DNA of 64,000 bases from Octopus sinensis (taxonomy: Eukaryota): NCBI RefSeq assembly GCF_006345805.1, contig NC_043003.1, positions 33,046,001 through 33,110,000 on the forward strand. Direction: 5' to 3'. The position numbers were made by a program, and so were the translations under genes. The first letter of the stretch is position 1, and the number at the start of each line of letters is the position of its first letter. Shown here in pieces: positions 27,715 to 42,250 of the stretch. A model generated the notes under the pieces. It did not search any database and had not been told where the DNA came from. It saw nothing but the letters and a program-made list of their open reading frames with translations.

Positions 27715-27870
27715 TATATAATATAAAATCCCTTCTGTCTGTCTGAATCTCGGGCAACCACCACCCGATTGCGCTCAAATTTGATATGTAGATTCCAACG
27801 GTATCAAGGCATGTATAAGTCATGAAAAAATTACAAAAATCGATTCCAGGTGAGAATGCAATCGATAAAG
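27715..27870 (+). mobile_element. Partial copy of the mini-Helitron-like element at 60937-61147
   Basis: CCGATTGCGCTCAAATTTGATATGTAGAT..GTATAAGTC.TGAAAAAATTACAAAAATCGA..TGAGAATGC.ATCGATAAAG matches the reverse complement of 60985-61140. Confidence 0.7.
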
Positions 27871-30469
27871 TGAATAAAATCATTTTTCTTTGGAATAGAA
27901 AAAAAGTCTATCTTAATTTCTTCTTTTGCTGGTGTCTCAAATTTAGGTTAAATCAGTGTTTCTCAAAAGGGAGGCCTATGGGTCGGTCGGACAAGTTGTT
28001 TTGAGAAAATTTGGTTTAAATGTTTGACAACTCAGCACCGTCCATTGGACGGTGGGCGTTTTGCTCGTATATATATATCTATATATATATATACGCACAC
28101 CACACACGTGCACATTTACACACACATATGTATGTATGAATGTATGTATGTATGTGTTTATGTGTTTATGTGTGAGAGAGAGAATAAGAAAGAGAGAGAT
28201 TAAAAGAAAGTTACTCAATACATGGAGTAGCGGTTCCTTGTCTATTTTTCTATCCATGTACTATGAGGTAAAGTTTTCAAAATAAATATACTTCCTCGAT
28301 GTTTCGTTTAGTAATCTGAGTTATACTTCTATCCTCGCAAATAAATGGTAAAATAAGAAATTGAAAGTACTTTGAAATCGTTCCCAAATGATATTGAATT
28401 CAAATAACTATAATAGCACTAACAATGAGATTTTACATTTTTATTGACGAATGATGGATAGATGTCAGAACCAAATACAATGTTCTGAATTAAACTACTT
28501 CATTAGCAGTAGAGAAATTAAGAAATATACAAATGCAAGTCGTTAAATCTAAAGTGATGCAAAGACGGGAGAAATTTATATATTTTTTTCTTTATATAGC
28601 TCTATATTTTCTTCGTTAAAAGTTCTAAAATTTTAAATGAATAAAATGAAATGTGCAAATTTAGTATCAATAAAGTTGCCCTCGGTCTCAGCAAAATGTA
28701 TCCTCTGGGAGTTAGAGAGAGAGACCAAGAGAGACCAAGAGAGGAGAGAGAAAGAGAGACCAAGAGAGAGAGAGAGACAGAGAGAAAAAGAAGGGGGAAT
28801 ATATGAGAAATAGAAAGTTAGAGAGAGAGGAGGAGGGAAGGGAAGAAATATAGAGAGCGAGACGTTGAATTTATATATGTGTGCCCATCTACGTCTTTAC
28901 AAATACACTAAATATATGACCCAACATAATTTAGTAGATATAATTTATTTCGTCAAACGTATGTATACATACATAAAAGAAAAAGAAATCATCTTTCATA
29001 CACGTATATACGACATACGTAGTTGGATGAAAAAAGGAATTGTATAAAGTTTTCATGGTTATTCAGATACTCGTGTCTTTTCCCCTTTCGGCGAATTAGA
29101 ACGAAAGAAATACGTTTCTCTTGATATATCACTGCACAAGAAAGTGGTGTTCTTTCGAAAGATCCTTATGAGTTGTGTTTGCTATTCTGAAAGCGTGGAG
29201 GAATTATGAAACACCTGAATTTTAACATAGACGTCAGTGAAATATATATACATCCAAGAAAACAAGGGTACATATGGTTTTATTGTGTGCCTGTTCGTGT
29301 GTGTGTGTGTGTGTGCATGTTTATGTATATATGTGTCCATGTTCGTGTGTACGTTTACACTTAGATATATATTTTTCATAACATTCTAATCAGTATTCTT
29401 TAACTGAATGATGGCACTGTAGTACAAAGGTTCTCAACCCAATTTAACCAAAACTCCCTTTTGGTCCTTGAAGTCACTAATGCCACCTTTCTAGAAAATA
29501 TTACTTATACTATTTATTTTGATATCAGCAGATAAAAAATAAAAGACGATAGATATGATAATAACAACAACAACAGTAATAATACTAATTTACAATAATA
29601 CAAGGAGCTCTGCACTGAATAGTAGCATGGATGTGCTACACCGGGTTCCCTTTTCAAATACAAATCTAATTTGATAACATCGGTGGAACGGGATAAAGGA
29701 ACATGTGGAAGACTTGAAGTAAGTGGTCTTTTAACGAAAATAATCACAAAAACGAAATTTTACTTCTATACAGTTTCTCCTATGCACGATGTCTCAGTGA
29801 ATCATGTGTGAAACACACACGAAACCAACCCCGGAATGTCTACAAGTTATAAAATATAAATGGAACAAAACAGTAAGTAGATAAATTGAGTAATTACACA
29901 TACACTCGAATATCTACACAATCATGTATACATTTTAATACCCATAGGACTACACATACATCCCAATATTTACACAACTACGTGAAATTTACAGGACACA
30001 CATTCACGCATATGAAAACACGTGTCACAAACGAAGCAAAAAATTAAGAAAAACAATAGAAAATTATTTTTTCATTTTTCGAACTAACACAGACAGAGTG
30101 AACAATTCATAAGTTTAAAAACATCCCCCCAAAAATCTATGCCCAGAGATAAAACTATCAACAAAACAAATACAGACGAATAAACTACGTTACGGGCACT
30201 GTTTACGGGCAGAGAACTCGGAGACGGTGTTGTCTCAAAACTTAATCTGAAACAGTCAGATCCGTTCCCTAATGTTTACGTCCAAGCTCGTCATGCCTCA
30301 ATGATAACAAAGCAAAATACAAACCGGATTTGTTGTCAACTGGAACAGCAAGGACCACGTACGCGTATGATGAACCAGATTCGATTAAAAGAATCAGCTA
30401 CTGGTTCAAATCTTTCTGAAACTCGGCAGATGGGAGTACCCCACAACCGGAATATTGCAACAGAAGGCC

Positions 30470-31200
30470 CCCAGGCTCTTCAAATAATTAAAAGAAAAAG
30501 AACGAAAATTAGTCTAGGGAAGATAATAAAGACGTTCTAACATGCCATATATTTCTCCGCAAATAAATCTAATACTGTACAAACGTACTTAAACTGGAGA
30601 CAGAAACACCTTGAAGACTGTAGAAACACATACAAAGACTGTAGTAAACTTGCCAACGTCAGACGTAATATTATGGAAAAGATATTAAAAACTGAATTAC
30701 AGATTGAGCAAATTAAACAATCAGTAAGAGATAAAAGGAACGAAGCTGCAACTAAAGAAGATACTAAAGAGGAAATAATTACAGACCCGCCTAGGGCTGA
30801 TAGAAATGCAATAATGATTGAAAGAGTTAATGTAATTGATTAACAAAGTGAAATAATCTCTGAACCAACCATAAGCACCAAGGCAGATGAAATTCAAGTA
30901 TATGAAGAAAGTCACATAGAAATTGATCCAATAGAACTAGATGATCTAAAAATTAAACCATGATTGAATGGCTAATAAAAAAACCCAGTATAAATGAACG
31001 TGACACTCTCTTAAAAATTCACAACCTGAAAATAATTGGTAAAATCCGCCTTGCACTTAAGGATATGATTTTAGCTAATGATCTTGATATTGCAAATTTC
31101 AACCACCTGTAATATGTATCCACGAAGATCTCAAAGATTCTATGTGGTGAAGAGATTAGAAAACGGCAACATTCTCACAAAAGCCTACTTCGCATCAGCG
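30470..31200 (+). mobile_element. Probable decayed N-terminal region of an R4/Dong-type retrotransposon ORF
   Basis: SREDNKDVLTC then TYLNWRQKH...KLANVRRNIM..TELQIEQIKQSV, resembling N-terminal segments I associate with this clade; recalled similarity only, frameshifted. Confidence 0.45.
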
Positions 31201-31562
31201 TATTCAAAACCAAATTCAGCTATTTAGTTTTGACATAGAATGTTTAAAAAACCTTAAGTTTGACAAGACTATCAAACAAACAAAAATCCGAAAATAAACG
31301 GAAAAGTATGATATGCAAACCATATTTGACATCGAAACCACTGTAAAATTAATAAAATATATAAAGATTATTTCGCAACCGTCACATTCAATTGAACCGC
31401 AGCAAGTAATTTGTTTTCTTTTCTACAAAGGATTAGAATATTAATTATCTGTTCTTTAAATTCTATTAAATTAGTGGTTCTTAACATTTTGGCATTCAGC
31501 GCCCCCTTTCCCACCAATGGCGATTTTCAAATGCCCTTCCCTACGTTTTGCAATAAACAATA

Positions 31563-31914
31563 TATATATAACGTAAAGTGTACTAGCCATCTGAATGTGG
31601 CTAGCCACTGGGGGTGGGTGTTACTGAAGCTTATAACCCCAGGAGATCATCGTCTCCAGCTGGCTTTAGACACAGAAAGTGTGTCTAAAGACGAAGAAAG
31701 GTGGTGTAGAAAACAAATATATTAGTATCACGCTATATATATATATATATATTAATAAATCTCCGAATGAGATGTAAACAGTAACCGCTCGACAACGTAA
31801 AGTGTACTAGCCATCTGAATGTGGCTAGTCACTGGGGGTGGGTGTTACTGAAGCTTATAGCCCCAGGAGATCATCGTCTCCAGCTGGCTTTAGACACACG
31901 TTCGGAGATTTATT

Positions 31915-31949
<35 letters not shown>

Positions 31950-32020
31950 GCGTGATACTAATATATTTGTTTTCTACGCCACCTTTCTTCGTCTTTTGTT
32001 TTGTTTTCGTGAATTCTCTC
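31563..32020. mobile_element. Penelope-like terminal structure: 104-bp direct repeat interleaved with an inverted repeat, in (TA)n
   Basis: Direct repeats 31571-31674 and 31795-31898 (2 mismatches); inverted arms 31688-31767 and 31901-31995; 11-bp hairpin CTTTAGACACA-GAAAG-TGTGTCTAAAG at 31664-31690. Confidence 0.6.
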
Positions 32021-32119
32021 CCTATATATATATATACTAAAATATTATTAAAAGATAAATAAAATCCCGCCGATTAATTCAATGAAACAGAAGCTAACAT
32101 TGCGCAAAATCACGACTCT

Positions 32120-32455
32120 TAACGTCTTGACAGATTGAATAAGCAGCTGAAAATATCTAAATTAGGTATATGTGGTCTTCCTGCAGCTTCTCTTATGGCT
32201 GATCCCTCTTGTGGATGATGAGCAAGTTCTGCTATAAAATCTACAAACAAGGAAGATGCTGCAGGGCTGCAGTGTGTTGTATTTCTTCGGCGTTTTGCTT
32301 CGAGGGCAAGGATATTTTCTTCTTCGAGTTGTTTCACTCCTTAGTTCACTGATGTTTTCCATGCTGTTGTGTCTTCAGATAACTTTGCCCAAGTTAGGAC
32401 CCACGCAATTGTTTATAATGAATTTAGATATTTGTGGACTATTGCACTTATGATA
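32120..32455 (-). mobile_element. 3' end of an RTE-clade LINE (decayed)
   Basis: WAKLSEDTTAWKTSVN*GVKQLEEENILALEAKRRR, then after a frameshift LVCRFYSRTCSSSTRGISHKRSCR, matching the RTE C-terminal W..L..DR..WR and C2H2-like tail. Confidence 0.7.
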
Positions 32456-32624
32456 CTTGAATCCATGCATGCATGCATACATACATACATACATACATAC
32501 ATACATACATACATACATACATACATACATACACACATACATACATACATACATAGTGTCCATTACGTGAATCTTCTTTGAAATTATTAAAGAAGGTGAA
32601 GAAATACATAATGCGTTTAAAATA

Positions 32625-32838
32625 CCCTTTTCTGCTCTAGGCACAAGGTCGGAAATTTTGGGGGATGGGGCCAGACGATTATGCCGACAAAGTACGCAAC
32701 TGCTACTTAATTTATCGACCTCGAAAAGATGAAAGACAAAGTTGACCTCGGCTGAGTTTGAGCTCAGAACGTAACGGCAGGCGAAATACTGCTAAGCATT
32801 TCGCCCGGCGTGCTAACGTTTCTGCCAGCTCGCCGCCT
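32625..32838 (-). mobile_element. Near full-length tRNA-derived SINE family A
   Basis: Minus strand GGCGGCGAGCTGGCAGAAACGTTAGCACGCCGGGCGAAATG (A-box-like) ... CTGAGCTCAAACTC (B-box-like) ... TCTTTCATCTTTTCGAGGTCGATAAATTAAGTAGCAG. Confidence 0.85.
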
Positions 32839-33622
32839 TATTCGTTTAAAATATTGATATTGTACTTGTTTTAAATATTTTATTTTCGAGAAAACTTACA
32901 AGTCCCCCTAAACGACAACGCTTTCATAGCACCATAGGGACTGTCGGGGCCACTTTGTACGTACACATCACCTCAAAGTGGTGCTACCATCCAAGTTAAG
33001 AACCTTTATATTAATCAAATAAAAAATGTGAATTTCCCTTCCAAGTGACGTGATCTCAAATAATTCTTCAAGGCTGAAACAGTTACATCGTGGAAAAGAT
33101 ACTTTTTAAAATCCTCAAATATTTTTTTATGTGTACTTTTCTTTTAATTCATGATAGTGTTGTGTACTATAAAATGGAGGATTCAATAATTCCATTTTGT
33201 AATCACTCAATTTTATACTTTTTTACACATGTCCATTGCCTACTTGTAATTCATAGCATGTCTTACAATATAAAAATATCTTAACACATATTATTGTTTC
33301 CATTATTGGTAATGGCTGTGTAACCAAATATAAAGCAAATAGTGACACTCAAAATGCTATCTAAAAGCAATTAACTGAACAAAAGCGACAAAAACATTAA
33401 ATTTGAAAAGATTTGAGAAAAGTCCGAGTTCTGAAGAGGAAGCCCCAGAGGATTCCATGTTGCTAATGCTAGCTATATAAATTCTCAAAACGTTTCTTCG
33501 TATTTTATTGTCTGGTCAGTCACTGGCAAAATTCGATTGCATTGAATGCAGATATTGATTGTTACTGTACGACAAGACGTTTGAAGCTTTGTTACATTAT
33601 ACTACAAAGAAATAATGTATAA

Positions 33623-33650
33623 CTAGCGTGGTCCGTGGAAATTCCACGGT
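33623..33650 (-). mobile_element. Helitron-type 3' terminus (hairpin + CTAG|T)
   Basis: Minus strand CCGTGGAA-T-TTCCACGG, 6-nt spacer ACCACG, then CTAG|T; 5' end not located. Confidence 0.55.
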
Positions 33651-34739
33651 ATAAAACGGCACATTTGAACATTTGCTTTTCCTTCTGTCTGTTCTCATAC
33701 TACCAATAAGCATTTAAACCAAATAACAAACCGCACCCACCAAAAAAAAAAAAAAAAGAGAAAAATGAATTGTGGCAGCATGACCACAGCCATTGGTTTA
33801 GAACACGTAGAAGGCAAATGTGTTGCTTCCACAGCTATTTCCTAACCAATGTTATTTCGTTTTAATTTAGCCATTTATACATGTTCATTACATTGTTTCA
33901 TTCTGTAAAACACTTTGATTGTACCTGCGATTTGAACACAGAAATGCAGAATAGTATAGACCTTCCCACTCACTCACTCACTCACTCACTCTCTTTCTCA
34001 CTCTTCCCTTCTTTTTCTCACCTGTTCTCTCCCTATTTTTATCAGTCCGTTTTTCTTTTAGTCTCCCCTTTACACCCTTCTCTATACATTTCTCCATTCC
34101 AGTTATTACTTCCCTTGATGTAATCAACATATGCAGAAAACTGACAGACCGCAAGAACAAGGAGAATAATAAAATAACGGTTTGTAATTTAGAAAGCTAT
34201 TATGGTTCTTACACTATGTAATTATCTATTATATCGTGGTGAAATGTATTCCATTTTCCAACGAAAAGTTAAATTCTGGGGTGAATCAGATTTCACAAAC
34301 AGAGAAAATATGAAATGCATTGATATTTTATTTTTACTATGGAAATCTAAATGTTATCCTCCTAGAACCAATTCATTGGTGTTCCATTTGGGAATGATAT
34401 AGGAAAAAGTTTGTCTTCAGGCTACTTCTCTTCCGCATAGCCTAAAGTATTATGGATGTATAAGTTATAATACATCTTATACACCAAGAAATTAAAAAGA
34501 AAAACGATTTCTTGTATTCATAACAAATACCTAGAAGGCATGATACTAGCTTATCCCCGATATTTATAGTCTTTGAAATAATGTTCTGTTGAAAACACCG
34601 GGGTTTGTAAAGATACCTTTATAGTTTCAACGAAGAAGGTCACCGAGCGAACATTTTCGGAATCGACTAAACATTCGGTGTATATTTTGATTCATCTTCT
34701 AGGTTATTTCAGAAGATGTAATTCTTTATTCTCTTTCTC

Positions 34740-35720
<981 letters not shown>

Positions 35721-35989
35721 TGATTGTATTCATGTGTGTATGTAAGTATTTTCCTGTACTTGATGCTTTATTTACAAGATCTCGTCGCCAAACAAGTTAC
35801 TTCTGCTCCAAAGTAATCTCTTTCTCTGGCTCATAAGAATGGAATGACTTAGTTCTCATACATTGATGAACACACACACACATATACATAAAGATATACA
35901 GCCGCAAACTTATACGCACTCGTTATGCACGCATGCATATATGTAAAAATATATGTATGTAAATATGTGCGTATGTATATATATATATA

Positions 35990-36483
35990 TAGACATATAT
36001 ATATGATATGTGTGTGTGTGTGTGTGTTTATGTGTAAGTAAGGCGACCAATTGGCGAAGGCGTTAGAATGGCGCCTATCTTGCTTTGTGGTAAAAGTTCC
36101 AGTTCTCGGTGCACTGAGTTCGAATGACACTCAAGTTGACTTTTCCTTTCATCCTTTCACGCTGATAAATAACGTCTTTTCCCGTACTCGGTTCGACTGC
36201 TTTCCATCTCTAACTCTCTCTTCCTTCGGTCCCTCTATCCAGTTCAGAGTGAAATAACCCACGCTCTGACTATGAAACCGGAATGTGCTACACCAGGCCT
36301 AAAATACCCTAGACACAGCAAATTCTTAGACCTCCTCAATGGTTTCATGAAGGAATTATGGACCCATGGCGTGACATGGTACATATATGTGTACGCATTT
36401 GGGTATAGTTACACACACACACGCACGCACACACGCACGCACACAAACACACACAAACACACACACACACACACGCACGCACA

Positions 36484-36558
<75 letters not shown>

Positions 36559-37367
36559 ATTAAAATCTTAGGGTAGCAAGAATATTCATCGAAAAATTCT
36601 TAGTTACCAGTGGTTTAGCGAGAAATAAAAAATTAGTCAATAGACTATATATTATTCAAATGAGAATACAGTGTACGTTCAAACACAAAAGAGATACCCG
36701 AAGAATAGGATATCTAACTCGCTAGAAAGAGTATTAAGGTAAAAGTTTTATTTTCCAAACACTTTCGGAATTACAAAAATTGGTGGTTTGGAGTTTTAAC
36801 TGCTCTTTCTAGCGAGTCAGATATCCTATTCTTCGGGTATATATATATAAGTGTATTGGACTCACCTGTCACTTCAACGAATGCGGTTCCAGAAAGACGT
36901 TCCTGCACATTATTTTTCAGCTTAGGAGGGTACGAAATCCACATGTGACCTAAACACGAGGAAACAACCACCACCCTTTGGCCACATGTGTGCAATTTCA
37001 AAACCAATGCATTTTACTGTCGTCTCTTTCTCTATCACTCCTGGACTTATGAATAAAGTGTGAGAGTATTGGACCTCATGTGCTTTCGTTTGCTAAACGA
37101 CCTTCACGATGTAAATTGTTACAGTGGGCATTGTTTATGCAGATGTAGTCCCACTCTCGTGTACTTCAAACCTGTAATGGCCTGAGATAAGTGCCACCAG
37201 CCCAGTTAATTATCAGGATGCAGGATCTATATGGAATTATTTTCTCTTAAATAAGTAGCTAAAGAGATGAAAGCCCTCATCTGACCTGAGCAATGGCATT
37301 TTTTTCACTGAGAAATATATATTTAGGAATGAGGGAAACCGATGTAACCGATATATTTATACATACT

Positions 37368-37437
<70 letters not shown>

Positions 37438-37901
37438 TATATATATATATATGATATGTGTGTGTGTGTGTGTGTTTATGTGTAAGTAAGGCGACCAATT
37501 GGCGAAGGCGTTAGAATGGCGCCTATCTTGCTTTGTGGTAAAAGTTCCAGTTCTCGGTGCACTGAGTTCGAATGACACTCAAGTTGACTTTTCCTTTCAT
37601 CCTTTCACGCTGATAAATAACGTCTTTTCCCGTACTCGGTTCGACTGCTTTCCATCTCTAACTCTCTCTTCCTTCGGTCCCTCTATCCAGTTCAGAGTGA
37701 AATAACCCACGCTCTGACTATGAAAACGGAATGTGCTACACCAGGCCTAAAATGCCCTAGACACAGCAAATTCTTAGACCTCCTCAATGGTTTCATGAAG
37801 GAATTATGGACCCATGGCGTGACATGGTACATATATGTGTACGCATTTGGGTATAGTTACACACACACACGCACGCACACACGCACGCACACAAACACAC
37901 A

Positions 37902-37969
<68 letters not shown>

Positions 37970-38800
37970 ATTAAAATCTTAGGGTAGCAAGAATATTCAT
38001 CGAAAAATTCTTAGTTACCAGTGGTTTAGCGAGAAATAAAAAATTAGTCAATAGACTATATATTATTCAAATGAGAATACAGTGTACGTTCAAACACAAA
38101 AGAGATACCCGAAGAATAGGATATCTAACTCGCTAGAAAGAGTATTAAGGTAAAAGTTTTATTTTCCAAACACTTTCGGAATTACAAAAATTGGTGGTTT
38201 GGAGTTTTAACTGCTCTTTCTAGCGAGTCAGATATCCTATTCTTCGGGTATATATATATAAGTGTATTGGACTCACCTGTCACTTCAACGAATGCGGTTC
38301 CAGAAAGACGTTCCTGCACATTATTTTTCAGCTTAGGAGGGTACGAAATCCACATGTGACCTAAACACGAGGAAACAACCACCACCCTTTGGCCACATGT
38401 GTGCAATTTCAAAACCAATGCATTTTACTGTCGTCTCTTTCTCTATCACTCCTGGACTTATGAATAAAGTGTGAGAGTATTGGACCTCATGTGCTTTCGT
38501 TTGCTAAACGACCTTCACGATGTAAATTGTTACAGTGGGCATTGTTTATGCAGATGTAGTCCCACTCTCGTGTACTTCAAACCTGTAATGGCCTGAGACA
38601 AGTGCCACCAGCCCAGTTAATTATCAGGATGCAGGATCTATATGGAATTATTTTCTCTTAAATAAGTAGCTAAAGAGATGAAAGCCCTCATCTGACCTGA
38701 GCAATGGCATTTTTTTCACTGAGAAATATATATTTAGGAATGAGGGAAACCGATGTAACCGATATATTTATACATACTCTCACACACACACACACACACA
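35990..38800. repeat. Near-identical tandem duplication, unit about 1.41-1.44 kb (35990-37390 and 37430-38800)
   Basis: ORF-track entries recur (36051/37499, 36771/38182); only a few substitutions seen (ATGAAACC/ATGAAAAC, AAATAC/AAATGC, GAGATAAG/GAGACAAG); breakpoints lie in (CA)/(TA) tracts. Confidence 0.95.
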
Positions 38801-39135
38801 CCACATATATATATATATATATATGTTTGTGTGTGTGTGTTTGTGCATGTATATGTGTGTATATATATATATATTTGTACACAAACACACACACATACAC
38901 TATCATACTTCATTCATTAATCCAGTGGTAATAGAGAAAGAGAGGGCTGAGAAATGCACAAGAAGCTAATAGAAGCCATTAACTCTGAAACAACACTCAG
39001 GTAGCCAAAGAGAAGTGGCTGTTTCCATGGGTTTGGGGCACATGTGGATTTTGTACTCTCCTAATGTAAAAAATAATGTGCAGGTGCGTCTTTCTGAAAC
39101 CTCATTCATTGAAGTGACGAGCGAGTCCAATACAC
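38262..39135. mobile_element. MITE-like element with long (about 135 bp) diverged terminal inverted repeats
   Basis: 38262-38396 vs reverse complement of 39001-39135: GTGTATTGGACTC..GTCACTTCAA.GAATG.GGTT.CAGAAAGACG..CCTGCACATTATTTTT..ATTAGGAG/CTTAGGAG..AAATCCACATGTG..; TA-rich flanks. Confidence 0.65.
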
Positions 39136-40614
39136 CTATACATGAGAGAGAGAGAGAAAGAGAAAGTGTGAGAGAGATATATAGATAGATAGAGAGAGAG
39201 AGAAAGAAAGAGAGCGGGAGGGAGGGAGAGAGAGATAGCTGACATCTTTTTAGTGGTCATAACGTAGCTTTATTTGGACGCAGTCTATGATGTCCCCGAG
39301 TCGCAAGAGTACCGTCTCAGAAATCGGAGAAGTACTGTAGAACCCATGCCATAAATCAAAATATATAACTTCAGGTAAGCCAAAATATCTACACATTTTA
39401 ATGCTTCGTAGACGCAGATCCCATCTTGTCCATCTTTTAATTGTTATTCTAGAATATAAATAATGTTACATACTGTGAAATCAGTTTCATATATAATTTT
39501 TTTAATTAAAAAATAATTTCCTATGCTTTTGCTTGGCCCCTAATCAATGCTGCCCCTTCTAGCTGTGAGTGTCTCATTACTGATTCAAGACATTGCATTA
39601 TTAAACTAACGTGTAATTTCTTTTTTAAGAATTTAGAATGTAATTTGATGTAACATTACTGCTATTTCTAGCTGATCGAATGACTACATACAAGCTTTTT
39701 ATTGGCTCGTAATTAAATATACAGTAAGAAATGAAAAAGAGAAATAAAATTGAATGTTGCTATGTTGAACGCATGTTGTTTTTCAGTTCCCTGACAATAC
39801 ATCTGCACTTATTTCACTTATGTCATTGAAAGGGCATGAATGCCACATATTTTCATTTTTTCCTACAATATAACAAAATCTCCAAACTGTGTAAACAAAT
39901 CATATTGTTCTTTTTTTCCTTTTCACATCAAAAATGAAATGCGTTTTAACTACTTATCAACTCTTCTCTTCTCAATTACAGTCTCAGTTTTTACATTCAG
40001 TTTTCTATATTTTTTCAAATTCTTTTGGCTTTTGTCTATAATTTTACATTTTATCTATTGTTTCGGGTAATTAACAATTATTTTCTTAATAGATTTGTAG
40101 AAACATTCTCTTTATATATTTATTTCGTTTACATTTATTTCTTACCGATATTTCCTTTGCATTACTATACTCAAAAATCTTTCCATTTGGATCATTTCTG
40201 GAAAATATTCTATAAAAATTACATTGTTAATTATCTATTTTCTTGAAAGTTATCCATTATCTTCAAAAACAATAAATTTTTGGAACTATTCTATATATTT
40301 TTAATTTCTCATTTGTTTATATTATTATACTAATGAAACAAATTTTTTCAAGCTATTTTCGTAACATTATTTTTTATATATTTTCTTAGCTTAATGATAT
40401 ATCATTTGCACATATTTTCTCTAGTTAAAATATGTGTAACTCTTTAAATATGTACCGGACTCCGGTCTATTAATATTTTCAGGTTGTTTAAAATAATTTG
40501 TCAGTTGTATTTTTCTGGCGCGGGATTTGATCTGAGTTCGTGTTTTGAAACAGAAAAATATACATCTTGGTCGTGTCAAGACAATAATTTAAAATACCCA
40601 CAAACTGTTATTAT

Positions 40615-41010
40615 ATCTTTAATCTTTCACTTGTTTCAGTCACTGAACTGCGGCCACGCTGGAGCACCGTCTTGCGGGGTTGTAGTCGGGAGAAATGAAC
40701 TTAGTACTTACTATTTTAAAGCCTGGTACATATTCTACCCGCCTCTTCTGTTGGATCTCTAAGTTAATGGGACGCAAATGAACCAACAATGGTCATCAAG
40801 CGCTGGTGGGGGACAAACACAAACACAAAGACACACATATACACATATACAAATATATAAGACGGGTTTCTTTCAGTTTCCGCCTACCAAATCCGCTCAC
40901 AAGGCTTTGACCAGTCCGGGGCTGTAGGGAAACACACTTGACTAATGTACCACGCCTTAGGACTGAACCTAGAACCATGTAGTTTGGAAGCAAACGCCTT
41001 ACCACCCAAC
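40615..41010 (-). mobile_element. SINE family B (tRNA-like head, CORE-like CACCTTGGGCAAGTG segment, internal microsatellite, 3' tail)
   Basis: Collinear with 63230-63650 and 48440-48905; TTTCTTTCAGTTTCCGCCTACCAAATCCGCTCACAAGGCTTTG. Confidence 0.8.
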
Positions 41011-41849
41011 CACTCCTGCACTTATGTCATATTTACTTTTGTATTATTTCATGGTCGAAAAAAAGGATTTGTTGGAAGGTTGGACAAGATGCCTTACGGT
41101 GTTTGCTCCGGCTCATGAGAGTCTGACAGGACGCTTTCGATTACATAGGAACCCAGATATATCAACCCAACTCAATGTATTTTCTCTTCGATAAACATCA
41201 GTGGCGTGGAGAACGGCAACTAGCTCATGCATGAGAATGTACTGCTTTCTTAAAATTACACTGCAAAAATCTGCATATACAAGTTCGATTGCACTGACGG
41301 TGGCTCCTTCCTTCTTTATGTTATGACTGATATTTTTTTCTACGACATCTGCTATATACAGTGATTTGATTTGTCTTAGAGCTTCAGATCCTGATGGGAC
41401 CAAGCCATAGGGAACTAGTCATACGATACGGCGTATCTGGAGAAGGCTATATCTCTTTAGAGATGACTATTGCTGTTTTTCTCTAAACAGGGAGAAAAAG
41501 AAAGACAAAGAGGAAGAGGAAAAGAGAGAAAGAGGCAAGAGGTGAGAGAGAAGGAAGAAAGAGAAGAATTGATCCCAGAACAAGACATGCTATATTTGAT
41601 GATTGTGGGCATGTGAAGTCATTTCACTGTTTCGCAGTATTTGAACTCATTTAGTTCGCACAGCAACCTGTGTGATGCTTCAAACACTCGGACATTTCCC
41701 TGCCTTAATATCAATAACCAGCATAGAAGTTTCAACGACTTTAATATTAAATTATATAAAAAAATAATTATGAAATTAATGTATGTACAATAGCATTGTG
41801 TATTTTAAATAGCTATCAGGATTTTACCACATTGTGGTTGCTATAAAAC

Positions 41850-42250
41850 AATATTCTTTTCTACTCTAGGAACAAGGCCTGAAATTTGGGGGGAAGAGGC
41901 CAGTCGATTTGATCGACCCCAATACGCAACTGGTACTTAATTTATCGACCTCGAAAGGATGAAAGTCACAGTCGACCTCGGCGGAATTTGAATTCAGAGC
42001 ATGAAGACAGACGAAATACCTATTTCTTTACTACCCACAAGGGGCTAAACACAGATAGGACAAGCAAGGACAGACAAACGGATTAAGTCGATTATATCTA
42101 CCCCAGTGCGTAACTGGTACTTAATTTATCGACCCCGAAAGGATGAAAGGCAAAGTCGACGTCGGCAGAATTTGAACTCAGAACGTAACGGCAGCCGAAA
42201 TACTGTTAAGCATTTCGCCCGGCGTGCTAACGTGTCTGCCAGCTCGCCGG
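41850..42250 (-). mobile_element. Dimeric SINE family A (full unit + headless second unit)
   Basis: Two successive GAAAGGATGAAAG..GTCGAC..CGGC.GAATTTGAA.TCAGA cores; junction 42011-42038 is identical to 58732-58759. Confidence 0.85.

Noticed and set aside
33430-33500. CTGAAGAG...CTCAAAACGTT hammerhead-like spacing; similar remnant at about 118-150
   Set aside because: GAAA or CUGANGA box mutated and no helix I pairing.
41113-41403. 96-aa non-repetitive ORF (-), and similar unique patches at about 5333-5527, 24480-24720, 55310-55450 and 56300-56640
   Set aside because: No motif I can recognise and no convincing splice-bounded open exon; they may be decayed transposon or exon sequence but cannot be supported without a database search.
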